Below, in pieces: positions 28,130 through 32,000 of a stretch of 32,000 nt of DNA. The stretch is from Cylindrospermopsis raciborskii Cr2010 (GTDB lineage: Bacteria; Cyanobacteriota; Cyanobacteriia; Cyanobacteriales; Nostocaceae), in the NCBI RefSeq assembly GCF_003367075.2, contig NZ_CP065936.1:2160001-2192000 (forward strand), in the 5' to 3' direction. The first letter of the stretch is position 1, and every line of letters starts with the position of its first letter. The position numbers and the translations under genes were made by a program. The notes beneath the pieces are model-generated. The model searched no databases and had not been told where the DNA came from. It was given only the letters and a program-made list of their open reading frames with translations.

Positions 28130-29416
28130 TTAGGGTTTTACCGGTGGTAGAGATTTCAGCAAGGGATAAAATAACTGCCCATCACTTACTGTCACACCCG
28201 CACGACTTCCCGCAACATCACCAGTGCCCAAATAGTAATCTACCCTACCTGGTCCCTTAATCGCACCACCTGTATCTTGGTCTAAAACGAACCGACTAAC
28301 AATGCGATTTTCCAACTTGCCATTTTCTACAAAGGGAAAAGGCGCACGAATTAATGCTAAAGCACCCGGAGGCATTAAGGATTTATCCGTAGCTATAGAA
28401 CGTTCTGGAGTTAAAGGTACACCCACATAACCATAAGCAGGTTCCCCGTGTGTTTCTTTAAAGAAAACAAAGCTATTATTTTTGGGGAGGTAAATGTTTA
28501 AATCTTGTGGATATTTGTGAAAATACTCAAAAATTTTCGGCATGGTTACACCCTTTTCGGGTAGCTTTCCTGCTTCTATTAATGTACGACCTAGGCTTTT
28601 ATAATTATGGGCTGTGTTCCCTGCGTAACCTATACTTGTTTCTGTGCCATCTGTTAATTTTAACCGAGCAGAACCTTGAATTTGAATAATATAAGGTTCA
28701 AATCTATCTCTTAACCAAAATAATTCTAATCCCTTTAATTTGCCCTGGGAAGCTTGTAACCCATCTGCACCTTCTAATTCTAGTCTGGTGGGGTGAGGTT
28801 TAGACCATGATGCTAAATCAGGTGGCAATCTATAAACGGGATATTTAAATTCTGGTGTGGGTTTGCGACTCGCTACATATAATGGTTCATAATAAGCAGT
28901 GAACAAAACTGTTCCCTGATTATCTCTACCAGTTGATTGATAGTAAATGAACTCTTTGGCAATGGCTTGGTGTAATTCCTGAGCAGAATTGGTGGATAAT
29001 AATAATTCCCTAAATCTTTTCAAGCTATGATAGACTCTGTATCTGGTAATCCCTGGATTCTTATGTTTTTGATAGGCGATCGCAGCTCGACGGGTTTTTA
29101 AAAATTTTAAGCTTTCATCTGTAGCTTTTAAAAGCTGTTCTCTATCAGCTACTTCTTCCCCCGTACCACCAAAGATTCTTTCATCCAAACAAGAGGGATC
29201 ATTTTCACAACAACCAATGGCAAATCTTTTTACGAGTGTTGGTAGCTTGCTGCTATTTTCAGCCTTGACATCTCGGGGTAAATCCCACTTACTGACTTCA
29301 CAACCAGCAGGAACTTTATATTGATTGGTATCGATATTTTTAGTTGACGGAATTTCTAAAAAAAATATCGTTAAAAAGAATGGTAAACTGACGGTTGTTT
29401 GAAATATTTTTCTCAT
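28130..29416 (-). CDS. mltA: Lytic murein transglycosylase A (MltA family, with 3D domain)
   Basis: FTAYYEPLYVASR, IQGSARLKLTDGTETSIGYAGNTAHNYKSLGR and DTGGAIKGPGRVDYYLGTG are present, and there is an N-terminal signal. The stop codon abuts the modBC stop directly. Confidence 0.85.
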   Translation of the reverse strand: MRKIFQTTVSLPFFLTIFFLEIPSTKNIDTNQYKVPAGCEVSKWDLPRDVKAENSSKLPTLVKRFAIGCCENDPSCLDERIFGGTGEEVADREQLLKATDESLKFLKTRRAAIAYQKHKNPGITRYRVYHSLKRFRELLLSTNSAQELHQAIAKEFIYYQSTGRDNQGTVLFTAYYEPLYVASRKPTPEFKYPVYRLPPDLASWSKPHPTRLELEGADGLQASQGKLKGLELFWLRDRFEPYIIQIQGSARLKLTDGTETSIGYAGNTAHNYKSLGRTLIEAGKLPEKGVTMPKIFEYFHKYPQDLNIYLPKNNSFVFFKETHGEPAYGYVGVPLTPERSIATDKSLMPPGALALIRAPFPFVENGKLENRIVSRFVLDQDTGGAIKGPGRVDYYLGTGDVAGSRAGVTVSDGQLFYPLLKSLPPVKP

Positions 29417-29468
29417 GATTTGGTTAGGTCTAGGGATGGAAACAAAAAATAATCAAGAAATAATCAAC

Positions 29469-30779
29469 TTACTCGTTCATATTGTGGTAAGTCGCAACAG
29501 CAGAGGGAGAAATGCGGTTCAAATAACGGAAAATCCAATATTTGAATATTGTATCTAAAATTACTGGAAATGTGGCAATAAATAGAAAAATAAAATCACG
29601 GTTTGCAGGTAAACCCCAATGATGTGATAATCCTTCCAAAATCACCTCCCACCCATGGGGGGAGTGGAAACCGACAAATATATCAGTAAATAATATAATG
29701 ATAAATGCTTTGGCACTGTCACTTAATCCATACACTACATAATCAAAAAAGTCTTTTAGAACTAAAATAGAAGATTTACTAGTCAGTAGCAAACAGATAA
29801 ACGCAAAAACTGATAGAATATCACAAAATACATTCTTAATCGCATTTGACCCAGATTGGCGAAATTCTCTGGCTATTTCCTGAGCTTTTTCGGACATCTT
29901 AGCTTCTAATACCGTTGATGATAAAGGTGGTGTATTAGTAATCATGCTTTCAAATTTAATCCTTTCTGCAAACTTTTCTAATTCTGTTAATGCTTCCTCT
30001 TCCATTTCTTCGTTAATGAAAATCTGTTGTGATTCTTCCTGTCTTAAACTATCAACTATGGGACCCACCACTAATACTTTAGATATTTGATATGTGAGTA
30101 AAGGTACGATAATTAATAGCAAGATAAATCTGATGGAGATAATTGTCATTTTCTGGGTTTGACGAAAGCTCCGCACCACTTCCACTTCCGCATTGGGATC
30201 TAATTCTGTTTGCAGACGACTAATGGTAGTGAAAATAGATCGTGGTAAAATACTTGTGGAGTTTGCTTTTCTTTTTGGTTTCTCCCCATGGTTTTTACTG
30301 GAACCTACCATTTCTCCTTGATTACGACCTTTATCCCCTACTCCATCAGAAGACTCGTTGACAAAACTCATCACAGAAGTGTCTAACTGCTCACTTTTGT
30401 ACTTGTTAACCACCTGATCTATAAAGTCCAGTTTTTGTAAAACTATGGTGAGACTAGAATATTCTATACCCGCTTTGTCCGCTGCTGCTTGTTTACTTTC
30501 ATTGGAAAACCACCGACTGGCTTTAAACTCCGTTAAGCGCATTCGCACATTTTTCAATAGTTTGTTTAAATCAGACTGAAAGTAGTCCATTACACTACTG
30601 CTATAAAGGTCAGCATTTCTGGAAATTTTATTACCATTAAAATGTTGACGTTCAATATCCTGAATTTTTAATGCTGATTTATATGCTTCCTCTAAAGCAC
30701 GCTCTGGTGTTAGTAAGTACCAGCGGTAAGTAGAAAGTAAAGACAAGTATATTTTTCGACCAAACACAGAATCATTCAT
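29469..30779 (-). CDS. pxcA: Proton-extrusion / envelope membrane protein PxcA (CemA/CotA family)
   Basis: The C-terminal CemA domain is present: FTDIFVGFHSPHGWEVILEGLSHHWGLP...FPVILDTIFKYWIFRYLNRISPSAVATYHNMNE. The protein is 436 aa. Confidence 0.85.
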   Translation of the reverse strand: MNDSVFGRKIYLSLLSTYRWYLLTPERALEEAYKSALKIQDIERQHFNGNKISRNADLYSSSVMDYFQSDLNKLLKNVRMRLTEFKASRWFSNESKQAAADKAGIEYSSLTIVLQKLDFIDQVVNKYKSEQLDTSVMSFVNESSDGVGDKGRNQGEMVGSSKNHGEKPKRKANSTSILPRSIFTTISRLQTELDPNAEVEVVRSFRQTQKMTIISIRFILLLIIVPLLTYQISKVLVVGPIVDSLRQEESQQIFINEEMEEEALTELEKFAERIKFESMITNTPPLSSTVLEAKMSEKAQEIAREFRQSGSNAIKNVFCDILSVFAFICLLLTSKSSILVLKDFFDYVVYGLSDSAKAFIIILFTDIFVGFHSPHGWEVILEGLSHHWGLPANRDFIFLFIATFPVILDTIFKYWIFRYLNRISPSAVATYHNMNE

Positions 30780-30835
30780 TGGTGACTGATGAGATTTAAG
30801 AAACCGGGGGAAAGGGAGTGATTAGGAGTAAGTTA

Positions 30836-32000
30836 GTGGTTTTTGATTCTATCTGGGTTGTGGGTGCAAGTCGTAGTGGTAAAACTACTCGTTTAGCTCG
30901 GTATTTTGCTGATTGGGTGGAAAGCAAACCAGAGATATGGACATTTTATACGAAAAATTCAAATTCCAACCAGTGCGAAAACAGAATTCAAACTCTAAAT
31001 CCTTTATGGAGAGAACCTCGAGTTTTAGTTTTAACATCTAATCATGATGGTCGCGTATATTTAAGTAATAAAATTGCTACCTTGAACAAAAGCAAATATA
31101 TACTAGAAACAAAAACCACATCGGGATTTATACAAGATGAAGTGATGTTATTTTGGCCCTTAATAGTAGAGATGCTAGAAATCAAAGCTCAATTTCCCTT
31201 AATATTACGTCCAGAGACAGAGCAGGAACTAGCTACAAAGCTGTGGAAGTCGGAATTGAACGCCCTAACGAATGGGGGAACCAGTCAATATCGTTTAGTG
31301 AGACGGATATTAGATTTATGGCAATTGGGGACCTATGCTGGTATTGCTGGTGAGGATATTGGAGAGATTTTTTACCAAGGTTTAGAAAAAGACATTCACA
31401 CTTTAGATTTAGAGGCGGAACTTTTAACATCTTTGTTAGTAGGTTGGCGTCAGTGGTGTTTACAAAGAGGATTGTTAACTTATGGTTTAATTACAGAACT
31501 TTATTACAAGTATTTATTTAAAAATATTCAGTATCAAGAACATTTAAAAAAGCGTTATCAACTAGTCATAGCTGATGATGTGGACAATTATCCAGCCATA
31601 TATTATTACCTATTGGAGTTTTTGTTAGACGAAGGAGCAGTGGGAGCTTTTGGCTATAACCCCTATGGGTGTGTCAGATTGGGTCTGGGAGCTGACCCAG
31701 AATTTTTAAAAAGACTAGAAAGCCGTTGTCAAGTAGAAAATTTAGTCTGTGATGGAGAAGAAAATTTAGTCACTGAACTAGCTCAACCAATGATTAAACT
31801 AGTCAGAGAAGAGATGATAATATTCACATTGCCTAAGACAGTAGAGAGTATTCAAACAATTTCTCGTGCAGAACTTTTACAACAAACAACCCAGCTAATA
31901 ATTAGAGAAATTACAGCAGGTAACATCCAACCAGAAGAGGTGGCGATTATCGCACCTGGATTAGATGCGATCGCCCGTTATCAGATCATAGAAATTCTTA
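30836..32000 (+). CDS. P-loop NTPase resembling SF1 (UvrD/AddA-like) helicases. 3' partial, continues past the window. Not in the supplied ORF track.
   Basis: My manual translation of frame 2 has no stop from 30800 to 32000. A GTG at 30836 is preceded by AGGAG at 30824-28, and GTG 30818 is an alternative start. The Walker A motif is VVGASRSGKTTRL and a Walker-B-like motif is LVIADDVDNYP. The family call is tentative. Confidence 0.6.
   Translation, partial: MVFDSIWVVGASRSGKTTRLARYFADWVESKPEIWTFYTKNSNSNQCENRIQTLNPLWREPRVLVLTSNHDGRVYLSNKIATLNKSKYILETKTTSGFIQDEVMLFWPLIVEMLEIKAQFPLILRPETEQELATKLWKSELNALTNGGTSQYRLVRRILDLWQLGTYAGIAGEDIGEIFYQGLEKDIHTLDLEAELLTSLLVGWRQWCLQRGLLTYGLITELYYKYLFKNIQYQEHLKKRYQLVIADDVDNYPAIYYYLLEFLLDEGAVGAFGYNPYGCVRLGLGADPEFLKRLESRCQVENLVCDGEENLVTELAQPMIKLVREEMIIFTLPKTVESIQTISRAELLQQTTQLIIREITAGNIQPEEVAIIAPGLDAIARYQIIEIL

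Noticed and set aside
31153-31430. Track ORFs 31153-31353 (+) and 31233-31430 (-)
   Set aside because: Both lie inside, and out of frame with or antisense to, the long open frame 30836-32000, which has P-loop motifs.

Overview
This window reads as ordinary core chromosome of a filamentous, Nostocales-like cyanobacterium. I do not see a convincing new multi-gene system. There are no CRISPR arrays, transposases, integrases, phage genes or recognisable defence or toxin modules.

The taxonomic call rests on four things. There are at least 20 copies of the HIP1 palindrome GCGATCGC. There is a short heptamer tandem repeat of the STRR type. The pyrF-pyrE and modB-modC genes are fused. The gene content is typically cyanobacterial.

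I call about 30 protein genes and 2 tRNAs, almost all housekeeping:
- murF (5' partial).
- A decayed photolyase-related gene.
- A two-domain SagB-type dehydrogenase and tocopherol cyclase.
- tRNA-Arg(CCU).
- The conserved alkane block ado-aar-accA-SDR-folE on the minus strand.
- An orphan sugar-type ABC permease.
- tRNA-Ser(UGA).
- psaI, 46 codons and absent from the ORF track.
- A 597-aa orphan protein.
- rbcR/ycf30-type LysR regulator, NnrU, TrxC (WCGLC) and ndhF1.
- Tic22-like protein, prmC, tsaE, a yvcK-like gene and ruvC.
- A cytochrome b plus Tat-exported Mo-oxidoreductase pair.
- The pyrF-pyrE fusion.
- A secreted small protein and an 87-aa orphan.
- The modBC fusion, mltA and pxcA/cemA.
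- A P-loop SF1-helicase-like ORF that runs off the 3' edge and is also absent from the ORF track.

The items most worth a second look are:
- The internally deleted photolyase-like gene.
- The two genes missing from the ORF track.
- The uncharacterised 597-aa and 87-aa proteins.
- Two unusually long non-coding spacers that contain strong hairpins or palindromes (6207-6539 and 25310-25847).

All homology statements come from recognising motifs by eye. No database search was run.
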